A stretch of 64,000 bases of DNA from a virus (IMGVR_UViG_2609460125_000009), one strand, 5' to 3'. Positions 1-8,589 are shown, counted from the first letter of the stretch. The notes: generated by a model from the sequence alone, not told the origin. Numbers and translations: made by a program.

Positions 1-972
1 AGCCTGCGTTACTACTACACTGCGAAACTCTCTTCGCGCATTGATGATATCGATCTCAACCTGGAGGATTTCGTTCAGCGTGTGAATGCCGATATCGTGA
101 ACAAAGTGGTTAACCTGGCGTCCCGTAACGCTGGCTTTATCAATAAGCGTTTTGACGGTGTGCTGGCAAGCGAGCTGGCTGACCCGCAGTTGTACAAAAC
201 CTTCACTGATGCCGCTGAAGTGATTGGTGAAGCGTGGGAAAGCCGCGAATTTGGTAAAGCTATCCGTGAAATCATGGCACTGGCTGACCTGGCTAACCGC
301 TATGTCGACGAGCAGGCTCCTTGGGTAGTCGCAAAACAGGAAGGTCGCGATGCTGACCTGCAGGCGATTTGCTCAATGGGCATCAACCTGTTCCGCGTGC
401 TGATGACTTACCTGAAACCGGTACTGCCGAAACTGACAGAACGTGCGGAAGCATTCCTGAATACGGAACTGACCTGGGATGGCATCCAGCAACCGCTGCT
501 GGGCCATAAAGTGAATCCGTTCAAAGCACTGTATAACCGTATCGACATGAAACAGGTGGAAGCATTGGTGGAAGCGTCTAAAGAAGAAGTGAAAGCTACT
601 ACCGCGCCAGTTACTGGCCCGCTGGCAGACGACCCGATTCAGGAAACCATCACCTTTGACGACTTTGCCAAAGTTGACCTGCGCGTGGCACTGATCGAAA
701 ACGCAGAGTTTGTTGAAGGTTCTGACAAACTGCTGCGCCTGACGCTGGATCTCGGCGGTGAAAAACGCAATGTCTTCTCAGGCATCCGTTCTGCTTATCC
801 AGACCCACAGGCACTGATTGGTCGTCACACCATTATGGTGGCTAACCTGGCTCCGCGTAAGATGCGCTTCGGCATCTCCGAAGGTATGGTGATGGCTGCT
901 GGCCCCGGCGGGAAAGATATCTTCCTGTTAAGCCCGGATGCTGGTGCTAAACCTGGCCACCAGGTTAAGTAA
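1..972 (+). CDS. metG: methionyl-tRNA synthetase, C-terminal part (5' end outside window)
   Basis: Frame open from base 1; translation matches the MetRS C-terminal anticodon-binding and tRNA-binding region as recalled (…[47 protein letters not shown]…); stop at 970-972. Confidence 0.9.
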   Translation, partial: SLRYYYTAKLSSRIDDIDLNLEDFVQRVNADIVNKVVNLASRNAGFINKRFDGVLASELADPQLYKTFTDAAEVIGEAWESREFGKAIREIMALADLANRYVDEQAPWVVAKQEGRDADLQAICSMGINLFRVLMTYLKPVLPKLTERAEAFLNTELTWDGIQQPLLGHKVNPFKALYNRIDMKQVEALVEASKEEVKATTAPVTGPLADDPIQETITFDDFAKVDLRVALIENAEFVEGSDKLLRLTLDLGGEKRNVFSGIRSAYPDPQALIGRHTIMVANLAPRKMRFGISEGMVMAAGPGGKDIFLLSPDAGAKPGHQVK

Positions 973-991
973 TTAAGCAACCTCTGTTCGC

Positions 992-1018
992 AATGCCCGG
1001 CAACACGCTGGGCATTTT
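992..1018 (+). terminator. rho-independent terminator after metG
   Basis: ATGCCC…GGGCAT stem followed by TTTT. Confidence 0.6.
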
Positions 1019-1055
1019 CATATAGACACAATCCCTCCTGATTTACACAAGCCCT

Positions 1056-1070
1056 AAAACAATTTGTTTT
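1056..1070. promoter_or_regulatory. palindromic operator-like site AAAACAA-T-TTGTTTT (motif family 1)
   Basis: Perfect inverted repeat; first occurrence marks the left edge of element-specific sequence. Confidence 0.5.
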
Positions 1071-1105
1071 CTATCTTTTGTTGATTGAGATAATAAGCCA
1101 CATAA

Positions 1106-1121
1106 GAAAACAAATTGTTTC
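1106..1121. promoter_or_regulatory. motif family 1 site GAAAACAAATTGTTTC
   Basis: Palindrome 13 bp upstream of the ATG at 1134, overlapping the RBS region. Confidence 0.55.
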
Positions 1122-1133
1122 GGAGTGGTTGAA

Positions 1134-1433
1134 ATGTTGAACATTACCCAAGCCTACCAGGTGGCATTGATCAGTTCATCTCATACATCAGAGGAAGATG
1201 CTCGCCGATTCATGATCGCAAGCAATGAGCTGGATTGGGTTTCACAAATTGATGGCGGTTGTATTGTCCACGCCGGGTTACAGGATGATGTCTGGAAAGA
1301 CGACTTGCGTCGATATGGTATATCCGAAGGCGCGATTGCTAACATTCAGAAAGTACTTGATGTAGGCTTTGACTCTGTACATTTTGATTGTGGTGCGCCG
1401 ATCGTTGAAGGGCTTGAGTGCTGGTGTTGGTAG
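1134..1433 (+). CDS. hypothetical early protein
   Basis: ORF with GGAG RBS; ATG 1134 preferred over the GTG at 1125; family 1 operator upstream. Confidence 0.45.
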   Translation: MLNITQAYQVALISSSHTSEEDARRFMIASNELDWVSQIDGGCIVHAGLQDDVWKDDLRRYGISEGAIANIQKVLDVGFDSVHFDCGAPIVEGLECWCW

Positions 1434-1564
1434 AGTGTATAAGCGGATCAATGAGTTACGGAAACAGTTAATAATGAGGAGCTTGTAATAAGCTGTATAC
1501 CCTAGAAAAGCTAGACTAGGGAATAAAATGACGTGAAACTGGGCGAGACAGTAAATAATTCCGA

Positions 1565-2794
1565 ATGATAATTGAACAAATAACCCCTTGCTCGGAGCTT
1601 GGAATGACTGATACCGCTTTTTCAAAATCGTTACAAAAAGAAGTCGATCCTGAGCAGTACTTGGCGCTAAAGAATTTAGATGACAGCTCGGTTCATGCTA
1701 TTGCCCGTGACGATATCATCTGCCCCATTTGCAAAGTTGGAGGTGGTTCGTTCGTTAGAGCCACTAGGAATGGTGGCTATCACAAGAAGGCGCATTTCAG
1801 ATTTACCGGTGAAGATGGTCAAGGCCATCATCCATCATGTGATTTCTATGGAGATAGACTAACATCTGAGGTGAAGCAGCACCTTGTCTCATTCACAAAA
1901 GATCGAACAAAGTATTCGCAGGTAATACGAAAGCTGGTCTGTGCCGGCATACAGGAAGGGATATTTACTCAAGAAAAAATGTGGCAGATGAGGGAATGGT
2001 TCTTCAATAAGCGAAAGGATTCCACATTTGAAATATGGTTAGAAAGCGAGCATTTAGACTGGCTTTATTATATTAGTGGGTTACGTGATGCATATCTAGC
2101 ATGGACAACTCCTGATATTCTACCTTTCGCGCCCATTCAGGTTACTGTGCCTGGTTTTTCTTGGAAGCGTGCGATTGACAAAGAGGTGCTAAGAGTTCAC
2201 ATCAAGACTCTCCAGCAATTGCGTGAAATTTCAGTCTCACATAGAGACATTGCTGTAATCTTAGAACACATAAACAATAATCGTGACCGCACAATTCTCG
2301 ATCCATCGCATTTGGAGGACGAGATAAGTAAGACCTATAAGCTTACTAGTTTTGTGATGGGCAATTACATTGAGTTTCAGACAAAAACGGTTAGCGACAG
2401 AGCATACGGGGAAGCTAAGTTTCTGGCATTTGCAGCACTTTTGTTGTTCGTGTCAGATTGGGACCTCAACATTGCTATTGGTAAGTTTTCTAAGATTGCC
2501 AGAGTGAAGGAGGTTGATGACATGCTGGCTGGTAATTTCATTGGTCTTAATCCTTACTTCCGATACGACCTGGCTAATGCAGTGAAGAGATTGCAGGATA
2601 ACTGGCCGATTGAATACCAAGAGTTGGAGCATTGGAATGTTGAGAAATCCATGCGTGACGCATATGAAAAGTGGCGTGCGACAGAGCCTGAATTCGCTCC
2701 ACCCCTATTGCCAGACTTGTATATTGCCAAACATGAGAAAGAAGTCGCACAAGACGAGCAAGTCAGGCAGTGGATTAAGAACGGGGATGTTTGA
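1565..2794 (+). CDS. hypothetical protein with N-terminal zinc-ribbon-like Cys/His cluster
   Basis: 409-aa ORF; CPICK…HHPSCDFYG motif; start uncertain (ATG 1604 has a better RBS). Confidence 0.5.
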   Translation: MIIEQITPCSELGMTDTAFSKSLQKEVDPEQYLALKNLDDSSVHAIARDDIICPICKVGGGSFVRATRNGGYHKKAHFRFTGEDGQGHHPSCDFYGDRLTSEVKQHLVSFTKDRTKYSQVIRKLVCAGIQEGIFTQEKMWQMREWFFNKRKDSTFEIWLESEHLDWLYYISGLRDAYLAWTTPDILPFAPIQVTVPGFSWKRAIDKEVLRVHIKTLQQLREISVSHRDIAVILEHINNNRDRTILDPSHLEDEISKTYKLTSFVMGNYIEFQTKTVSDRAYGEAKFLAFAALLLFVSDWDLNIAIGKFSKIARVKEVDDMLAGNFIGLNPYFRYDLANAVKRLQDNWPIEYQELEHWNVEKSMRDAYEKWRATEPEFAPPLLPDLYIAKHEKEVAQDEQVRQWIKNGDV

Positions 2795-2849
2795 GTGTAA
2801 TTAGCTTAATCAATCAGTTGATAATGGCGGTCACAATTTGATTCTTTTC

Positions 2850-3720
2850 TATAAGAATCCGTTGATCGCCACTACTCTTCTTCCATACCTGCAATCACAC
2901 CTTTAAATATCAATAAGTTATAGTTGTTTATACAATCAAGAAAACAACTGAATAACAGATCAACGAAACATCAACGCTTTCACCCGATTTGGTCTAAAAA
3001 ATTGACGTATTCACACATCACTTCTTATACCCGTAATTCTACGCAGCAGACAGCGCCACAGCGTCCAATTTTCACCACAGACGACCCAACACACTACCAA
3101 CAAAAACACACGCTCAAAATCGCTCCCGTTGCGTTACACAACCATATAAACAACTTATTTTCAGGCATAACAAAACAACTAAATAACACACATGCCATTC
3201 CCCAAAACAACCAACCTCTTTATGGCAGGCTACCGAAAAGACCCACCTCTTCTCCCCAGGCTACCGGACAACCAACCTAACTTTCACAGGCAATCCGAAA
3301 ACATTCATACGCGCGATACCCACGACACGCCATTACCCAAACAGCGAAGAAACACCAGAATCACTGAAACCCCAACGAAGCCTGTAACCGCAAGGTTTCT
3401 CTCAATCCCAAAAGACACGAAACATAACAATCACGGGAAACGCCATTACCCAATACACGAATAACTACAAAAGCCTTTCACACACTCCAGACAAACAACT
3501 CAAACACAATAACGAAAGGAATCGCCCACCTGCCATTACTCCATACACGGAGAAGAACAATCACCAAAACGACGAGAACACCCCATAGAAGAACCACCGC
3601 AAAACGAACGAAACCACATACACCGACAGAGAGAACAACACACCCAATTCACAAACAGAAATAGTCGCCGCATAGAACGTTCTGGAAGGGGTGAGCATTA
3701 ACGCCTATAGAGAGGTTGAG
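2850..3720 (+). other. strongly A+C-skewed non-coding region with degenerate direct repeats
   Basis: G and T are scarce on the given strand; no ORF >=60 aa on the opposite strand; repeated GCCATTACCCAA and CAGGCTACCG units. Confidence 0.6.
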
Positions 3721-3787
3721 ACAGATAAAACACGAAGAAAACACAACATGTATAGCGAACAAGACAGGTATGTATAAGTGGGGAGGG

Positions 3788-3811
3788 AAGGAGGGGTGTC
3801 GCCTCCTTTTT
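3788..3811 (+). terminator. terminator-like hairpin
   Basis: AAGGAGG…CCTCCTT stem followed by TTTTT. Confidence 0.4.
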
Positions 3812-3894
3812 CGTATTTATTCAACTCCTGATTTTATCCCCCGTAACACCCCTACGGTCAGCCTTCGATCCATACAGGGAAAAGGTTGCATCCC

Positions 3895-4015
3895 GCTACA
3901 GAAACGGCTGGGTTGCCTTCGGGGAACGGCTGGAGGTTTTCAGGGAAACGGTCGAGTTGCCTGTGTGGATTTCGGGAAAAGGCTCGATGCCGGTTCAGGA
4001 ACGGTGGAGTACCGG
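3895..4015. repeat. iteron-like direct repeats (GGGAAACGGC-type, ~21 bp period)
   Basis: Five tandem units: AGAAACGGCTGG, GGGAACGGCTGG, GGGAAACGGTCG, GGGAAAAGGCTCG, AGGAACGGTGG. Confidence 0.6.
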
Positions 4016-4341
4016 TATAGCGAGAGGGAGAGTTGCGGCTATCCACCTGTAATGTGCGGGAAGAAGAGAGGCGCTCACGTGCAGGCGGACTAACTTACCG
4101 TTGGACTCCCTCTGAATGCCCAGTTACAGCGTAATTGTGCCAGACAGCCAACGGGTCACAATCGATTTCAGTAGGTTTTCGGGGAGATGATTATTCTGCC
4201 CACCAGCCACCTTCGGCCACTAAATCAGAATAATGTAAAAAGTGTTCTCGGTACTGAACCTGAAAACTCACTGCCAAAACCACATTCACCGGAATAAAAT
4301 CCTTTTTCGCCTGTGCGTTATTGCGATAATAACACCATCAA

Positions 4342-4356
4342 GAAAACATGTTGTTT
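4342..4356. promoter_or_regulatory. motif family 1 site GAAAACATGTTGTTT
   Basis: Palindrome downstream of a GATAAT -10-like hexamer and upstream of the 4369 ORF. Confidence 0.5.
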
Positions 4357-4368
4357 AAGGATTGCTTT

Positions 4369-4698
4369 ATGTTTGCAAATATCGACATCAACCAAATCAA
4401 GAAATTAACTCAAAAAGAGTTTGACCAGTTCTATGAGCTGGAAGGTTGGTCTTCCACTCTGATTAATTCAAGATGGGTGCTGGAGCTGATGACTCGTGAT
4501 GATGCACCTGCTTTGATGATCAGCGACCTGGGTGAAGATGCTGACTTTATGGATATGAGCGAATTTTGTGTGGACACATACAACCGCAGCCAGAAGTACT
4601 ACTTCACATGCGATAGCGAAAATGACGTGATTTCTAAGGTCTATCTTCACCTCGTCCAGCATTGGGACGTTCAGGAGTTTCTTGAGGTATTCGCGTAA
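4369..4698 (+). CDS. hypothetical early protein
   Basis: ORF with AAGGA RBS; ATG 4369 preferred because the ATG at 4348 lies inside the operator. Confidence 0.45.
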   Translation: MFANIDINQIKKLTQKEFDQFYELEGWSSTLINSRWVLELMTRDDAPALMISDLGEDADFMDMSEFCVDTYNRSQKYYFTCDSENDVISKVYLHLVQHWDVQEFLEVFA

Positions 4699-4707
4699 TC
4701 CCAACCA

Positions 4708-4733
4708 AAGCCAGCATTGCTGGCTTAATTTCT
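4708..4733 (+). terminator. rho-independent terminator-like hairpin
   Basis: AAGCCAGC…GCTGGCTT stem. Confidence 0.5.
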
Positions 4734-4825
4734 CTATAGCCGCAGGGAAGAACCTGCATATCGCTCATGCACCTGATCATTATGCTTTGTAGCCGTTTTC
4801 TTATTGGTATTATTTACGCCATTGA

Positions 4826-4840
4826 GAAAACAAGTTGTTT
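4826..4840. promoter_or_regulatory. motif family 1 site GAAAACAAGTTGTTT
   Basis: Palindrome immediately upstream of the RBS of the 4852 ORF. Confidence 0.5.
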
Positions 4841-4851
4841 ACGGAGTTGTG

Positions 4852-5163
4852 ATGAAAAAATCATTGGTTCTTGGTCTGGACAAAGACCAGAAGAGAAAAG
4901 AGAAGCCTGCGCTGGTTGCTCAATTAACTTTGCTGGACATCGTTGCCAATGGAACCTCTATTCGTCTGTTCCGTGAAACAGCGGTGTCTTTCGATAAAAA
5001 CACCTTTACTCGTTATGTAATGAATGTTCGTCGCCAGCGTGGAAAAGGCTGGATGGCATTTCAAAGAATGTGGCCGGAACATCAGCTCGAACTGGCTTTG
5101 ATGGAAGTTAACCGCGTGGCCCAGCAAGAAATTCAGAGAGCATCAGTGATGGCAATAGCCTGA
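4852..5163 (+). CDS. hypothetical early protein (basic)
   Basis: ORF with GGAG RBS. Confidence 0.45.
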   Translation: MKKSLVLGLDKDQKRKEKPALVAQLTLLDIVANGTSIRLFRETAVSFDKNTFTRYVMNVRRQRGKGWMAFQRMWPEHQLELALMEVNRVAQQEIQRASVMAIA

Positions 5164-5197
5164 TAATGTGCAAGTGGTAATTAGTCGACAGTACGAC

Positions 5198-5226
5198 AGC
5201 CCCGCCATCCTTACGGGGCTTTTTTG
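5198..5226 (+). terminator. rho-independent terminator
   Basis: AGCCCCG…CGGGGCT stem followed by TTTTTT. Confidence 0.7.
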
Positions 5227-5230
5227 TATT

Positions 5231-5246
5231 GTAAGTACATACTTAC
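5231..5246. promoter_or_regulatory. motif family 2 palindrome GTAAGTACATACTTAC
   Basis: Perfect inverted repeat ~45 bp upstream of the 5290 ORF. Confidence 0.45.
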
Positions 5247-5289
5247 GATCATAGAATATAAAAATAACCAATACACTACGGAGAGTGAA

Positions 5290-5685
5290 ATGACCGTTAA
5301 ACGCGAAAAACTGACAGTTGATGTTTACTATGCCTCTGAAACCGCCGAAGGTAAGAATGTGGCAAAAATCACCGTTGTTACGTACAACACCGAAACTGGT
5401 GCCGAAGTACAGGCCAGTACGATCGTGCGTAAAGGTGATGCCTCCGGCGGCGAGTACGCGACTCAATACCAGTCCATTCTCGATGCAACTGACCCGCTGC
5501 TGCTGAAAATCGAGAACTACTTCCGCCAGGTTGATGAAGAGGTGTTTGAAACCATGATGAATATGGTTAACACCGTATTCGCCTCCAGCCTGAACACCAG
5601 CACCACCTGGATTGGCCAGTACGGTCTGCGCATTACCTCTGGCATTCCTGCCGACACCTTAATCCCTGAAAGCGTATTCGCTTAA
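5290..5685 (+). CDS. hypothetical protein
   Basis: ORF with GGAGAG RBS. Confidence 0.45.
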   Translation: MTVKREKLTVDVYYASETAEGKNVAKITVVTYNTETGAEVQASTIVRKGDASGGEYATQYQSILDATDPLLLKIENYFRQVDEEVFETMMNMVNTVFASSLNTSTTWIGQYGLRITSGIPADTLIPESVFA

Positions 5686-5695
5686 TCCTCTTTAA

Positions 5696-5722
5696 ATGGC
5701 GCGTAAACCGCGCCATTTTATT
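5696..5722 (+). terminator. rho-independent terminator
   Basis: ATGGCGCG…CGCGCCAT stem followed by TTTTATT. Confidence 0.65.
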
Positions 5723-5731
5723 AAGCCCGAT

Positions 5732-5746
5732 AACAATTTGTTTTCT
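5732..5746. promoter_or_regulatory. motif family 1 site AACAATTTGTTTTC
   Basis: Palindrome upstream of the 5803 ORF. Confidence 0.45.
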
Positions 5747-5802
5747 GCCTTATCTGATTTGTGAAAATGATTTCACTGAAGCAACTTAATAAGGAAACCA
5801 TC

Positions 5803-6177
5803 ATGGGACTTGATATCTATATCGAGACACAGCCTAAAAACGATCTGAATAACGAGGCATCCAGAAAGCGGGTTGCTTACTTCCGTAAGTTCAATGCGCT
5901 CGTTGGGTGGATGGAGCGCAACGTAGGTGAAGTCGAAAATTGTGAGCTTTTAGAATTAACGATGAATGACATTTGTTTTCTGAAGGCTCATTTGATGCAC
6001 ATAAACGAAAGTAATTGCGAAGAGTACTTGCCTACCCGGGAAGGTTTTTTCTTCGGCAGTCAGGAGTACGATGAAGGTTACTGGCATGATGTGGGGGAGT
6101 TGAAAGAGCTTGTGGAAGATCTGATTAAGAACCACGACTTTCACAATAACAGACTGACCTTCTGCGCCTGGTGGTAA
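5803..6177 (+). CDS. hypothetical early protein
   Basis: ORF with AAGGAAACC RBS; the longer frame from 5761 would start at GTG. Confidence 0.45.
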   Translation: MGLDIYIETQPKNDLNNEASRKRVAYFRKFNALVGWMERNVGEVENCELLELTMNDICFLKAHLMHINESNCEEYLPTREGFFFGSQEYDEGYWHDVGELKELVEDLIKNHDFHNNRLTFCAWW

Positions 6178-6179
6178 AT

Positions 6180-6323
6180 ATGGGCGATTTCAAGAAACGC
6201 CTGAAGGAGAGAGCCGAGATGGTCAGAAAGCGAAACGCCTCTTCTGTCATCAGATACGCAAGGCAGTTTAGTCGCAACAACAAATCAGTTGAGGAAAAGA
6301 TCCTTAGCGTAATCGGGCGATAA
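6180..6323 (+). CDS. small basic hypothetical protein (47 aa)
   Basis: Short ORF starting 2 nt after the stop of the previous gene; not in the supplied track because <60 aa. Confidence 0.3.
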   Translation: MGDFKKRLKERAEMVRKRNASSVIRYARQFSRNNKSVEEKILSVIGR

Positions 6324-6330
6324 TTATTAA

Positions 6331-6350
6331 GGCCACCAGCATTGGTGGTC
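6331..6350 (+). terminator. terminator-like hairpin GGCCACCAGCATTGGTGGTC
   Basis: Stem-loop without a strong T-run; near-identical copy at 6800. Confidence 0.4.
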
Positions 6351-6478
6351 TTAAATGACTTTTAATAACCGAAGGTTAGTTTGAAACCTGGCTATCAACT
6401 TCCAGAACCTTTCTTGTGTATTCAGCCTGTATTAACTTCTTTTATGCCTTATCTACACTGCGATAATTACACCAACAA

Positions 6479-6493
6479 GAAAACAACATGTTT
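6479..6493. promoter_or_regulatory. motif family 1 site GAAAACAACATGTTT
   Basis: Preceded by the conserved CGATAATTACACCAACAA promoter-like block. Confidence 0.5.
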
Positions 6494-6506
6494 ACGCAGT
6501 GAGGAT

Positions 6507-6794
6507 ATGCTCATGACTGATTTCACCATTACCCCTAAAGCACAAAATGTATTCCTTGAATCATGGCTGGACTTGCCGGAAACAGAACAGCAAGAAATGG
6601 ATCATGTGGATTATGACGAGCAGGTAAGCACGCGATTCTTCCACTTTGAGGGATGCGTTTACGACATTGCCGACTTCATGCGAGATGACCGCTTCCCTGA
6701 ATGGCACGCAAGCTATCCACTAAACGCCTTTGCCATGCTGATGATCCGTGTGGATGATTCAGGGGATACCATCGACATCGGTCTGCTCCACTAA
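6507..6794 (+). CDS. hypothetical early protein (acidic)
   Basis: ORF with GAGGAT RBS; start at 6507 or 6513. Confidence 0.45.
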   Translation: MLMTDFTITPKAQNVFLESWLDLPETEQQEMDHVDYDEQVSTRFFHFEGCVYDIADFMRDDRFPEWHASYPLNAFAMLMIRVDDSGDTIDIGLLH

Positions 6795-6799
6795 AGATT

Positions 6800-6823
6800 A
6801 AGGCCACCAATGCTGGTGGCCTT
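6800..6823 (+). terminator. terminator-like hairpin AAGGCCACCAATGCTGGTGGCCTT
   Basis: Perfect stem; near-identical to the 6331 hairpin. Confidence 0.45.
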
Positions 6824-6963
6824 AAATGACCATCCTGTTTCCCGCAGGCTAAAAACACCAACCTCTTACCTCCAGGCAACCGACAAACCCACCTGTTCCC
6901 GTCCGGCTACCGCAACTTTCCACTTTGACGCCTTATTCGTACAACGATAATTAACACCAACAA

Positions 6964-6977
6964 GAAAACAATTTGTT
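6964..6977. promoter_or_regulatory. motif family 1 site GAAAACAATTTGTT
   Basis: Preceded by the CGATAATTAACACCAACAA block. Confidence 0.5.
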
Positions 6978-6998
6978 ATTTACGATAAGGAATTAATC

Positions 6999-7481
6999 AT
7001 GAATTTTATCGCTACTGTAAACGCACCCGCACATGGCAATATCGCTGTAACGTTCTCTGACATTGAAAAACGAGTACTTGGTGCATGGCGCGACAATGAG
7101 ACGGTAGAACTGTCAGCACAAGAAAAATGCATTATTGCACGCGACATCATTGGCAATCGTCGTTACTCGCGGGTATTTGAGAAAGCATATGTGGTAAATT
7201 CTGGATTCGGAACGTTCGTCTTTCCGGTGCGCTCCGGGCGATTCTGCCAGTCCAAGCTGATTGAGTTCGCTACGCAGATTTCTGTCTGGATTAAAACTCA
7301 ATCGTCGTTCAAATTTTCCGACGATGAAGCAGTATCGCAGGGGATGCGGATCGCCAACAATGCGATTAAATGCAAAAACATTACGTATACCGCTGGCGTT
7401 GATACATGGAAACTGTTTTGCGCTAACTTTATGCTGAATGTATACGCAAGCAACCGCATCCACATCCTTGATGGCGTGTAA
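6999..7481 (+). CDS. hypothetical protein
   Basis: 160-aa ORF with AAGGA RBS. Confidence 0.5.
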   Translation: MNFIATVNAPAHGNIAVTFSDIEKRVLGAWRDNETVELSAQEKCIIARDIIGNRRYSRVFEKAYVVNSGFGTFVFPVRSGRFCQSKLIEFATQISVWIKTQSSFKFSDDEAVSQGMRIANNAIKCKNITYTAGVDTWKLFCANFMLNVYASNRIHILDGV

Positions 7482-7494
7482 CTGAGAAGAGGGC

Positions 7495-7620
7495 CAGAAA
7501 CGGCCCTTTCTCTACAGCCACCAGCTGCCGCAGGGAAATTTTCAGAAACGGCGAGGAACGTATTCATGAGCCGACGGGAAACGGCCAGGATTTTTTCGGG
7601 AAACGGCTGCATTCGCCTTT
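7495..7620. repeat. second iteron-like array (AGAAACGGCC / GGGAAACGGC units)
   Basis: Four or more direct repeats of the same core as the 3895-4015 array. Confidence 0.55.
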
Positions 7621-7725
7621 ATATAGAAAAAACATCGGGAAGCTGGTGGAATCCAACCAGCGGTTGTCGGACAGGTGAGCGGGGAAAATCATGATGACTT
7701 TCGTCGCCTGAGACATCCAGATTTC

Positions 7726-7780
7726 TTTCGTAGCGTAATCACATATGTGATTAAGTGGTGTGATTATGTGAAAAATCACG
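7726..7780. promoter_or_regulatory. cluster of perfect palindromes (TAATCACATATGTGATTA; ATTATGTG-N12-CACATAAT)
   Basis: Inverted repeats in a convergent intergenic region. Confidence 0.4.
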
Positions 7781-8071
7781 CGCACATAATACGAGAGCGG
7801 ATACGGAACAAAACAAAATGCCGATCCGCGCCGACAATTAAACGCGGATCACATAGCAAGAATAAAAGCCAATGATTAACCATACACCATAACGCAATAT
7901 AACGCGATTTAAGCGCGTTAATGCGCTAAGTAATGGGTATGTACTGGTAAGGATATAAAAGCGCGTCTATGGCGTTATTTTGGCGCTTATTTTTATGTTG
8001 TTGGTGTGAGTCAAAGACAATAAAAAACGCGCTAATGATGGCGCGTTATGGTGGGAGTATTGGAAACGAAA

Positions 8072-8093
8072 AAAGCGCCCATAGTGGGCGCTC
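8072..8093 (-). terminator. hairpin AGCGCCCA-TAG-TGGGCGCT downstream of the 8098 gene
   Basis: Perfect 8-bp stem; identical copy at 8568. Confidence 0.45.
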
Positions 8094-8097
8094 GATT

Positions 8098-8328
8098 TTA
8101 TTTATGTAAACTGATTTCAAATCCCATTTCTACAAACGCTTTTAACATTAAAAATATATCAGCGTCATTCACGTCTGCTTTTTTTCGCTCCTGGTCGCTC
8201 AATAAGTCAATTTTGCGCGTCGTTTCATCTATAAGCTCGACTGCGCGCCCAGCGTAACCAGCGATCCCAGCGATGCGATTAACATAATATTCGTTATGGA
8301 CGTTAACGCCAGCGATAAGAACAAACAT
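8098..8328 (-). CDS. hypothetical protein (76 aa)
   Basis: ORF in an AT-rich operon. Confidence 0.4.
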   Translation of the reverse strand: MFVLIAGVNVHNEYYVNRIAGIAGYAGRAVELIDETTRKIDLLSDQERKKADVNDADIFLMLKAFVEMGFEISLHK

Positions 8329-8348
8329 GATTAAGCTCCTTAAAAAAA

Positions 8349-8552
8349 TTAAATAGAATTTTGAAGTTTTCCGATTAATGCGCTTAAACGTAAGTATTCA
8401 CGTTTGCGCTTGCAATCTCGCTTGCTGTTAAGCAAATCAGAAAACGTAAAATTTAATTGGTCGCGTTGCGCGATTAAATCATCGATTAATTCCAGTTTAT
8501 AAGCGCGATACTTTGCGCGATATTCCGCGCGGATCTTGTCATAGCTGACCAT
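8349..8552 (-). CDS. hypothetical basic protein (67 aa)
   Basis: Start moved to the internal ATG with an AAAGGAG RBS; the longer track ORF would run through the 8568 hairpin. Confidence 0.4.
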   Translation of the reverse strand: MVSYDKIRAEYRAKYRAYKLELIDDLIAQRDQLNFTFSDLLNSKRDCKRKREYLRLSALIGKLQNSI

Positions 8553-8567
8553 TTTCAAAGCTCCTTT

Positions 8568-8589
8568 AAAGCGCCCATAGTGGGCGCTT
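8568..8589 (-). terminator. hairpin identical to the 8072 copy
   Basis: AAAGCGCCCATAGTGGGCGCTT between the 8601 gene stop and the next RBS. Confidence 0.45.

Noticed and set aside
82-972. Treating 82..972 as a complete 296-aa gene starting at the first Met
   Set aside because: The frame is open from base 1 and the upstream residues continue the MetRS sequence, so the gene is truncated by the window edge.
2924-3464. Plus-strand ORFs 2924..3280 and 3192..3464 with Pro/Thr/Gln/His-rich translations
   Set aside because: They fall in the A+C-skewed region; the composition forces codon-poor low-complexity peptides and there is no RBS. Treated as non-coding.
3716-4093. ORF 3716..4093 (125 aa, Gly/Arg-rich) and antisense ORF 3858..4046
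   Set aside because: They overlap the iteron array and the terminator-like hairpin; the translation is repeat-driven. More likely an origin-like region than a gene.
3895-7620. Possible CRISPR array, given several direct-repeat clusters
   Set aside because: Repeats are short, degenerate and contiguous without unique spacers of regular length, and there are no cas genes. The pattern fits iterons.
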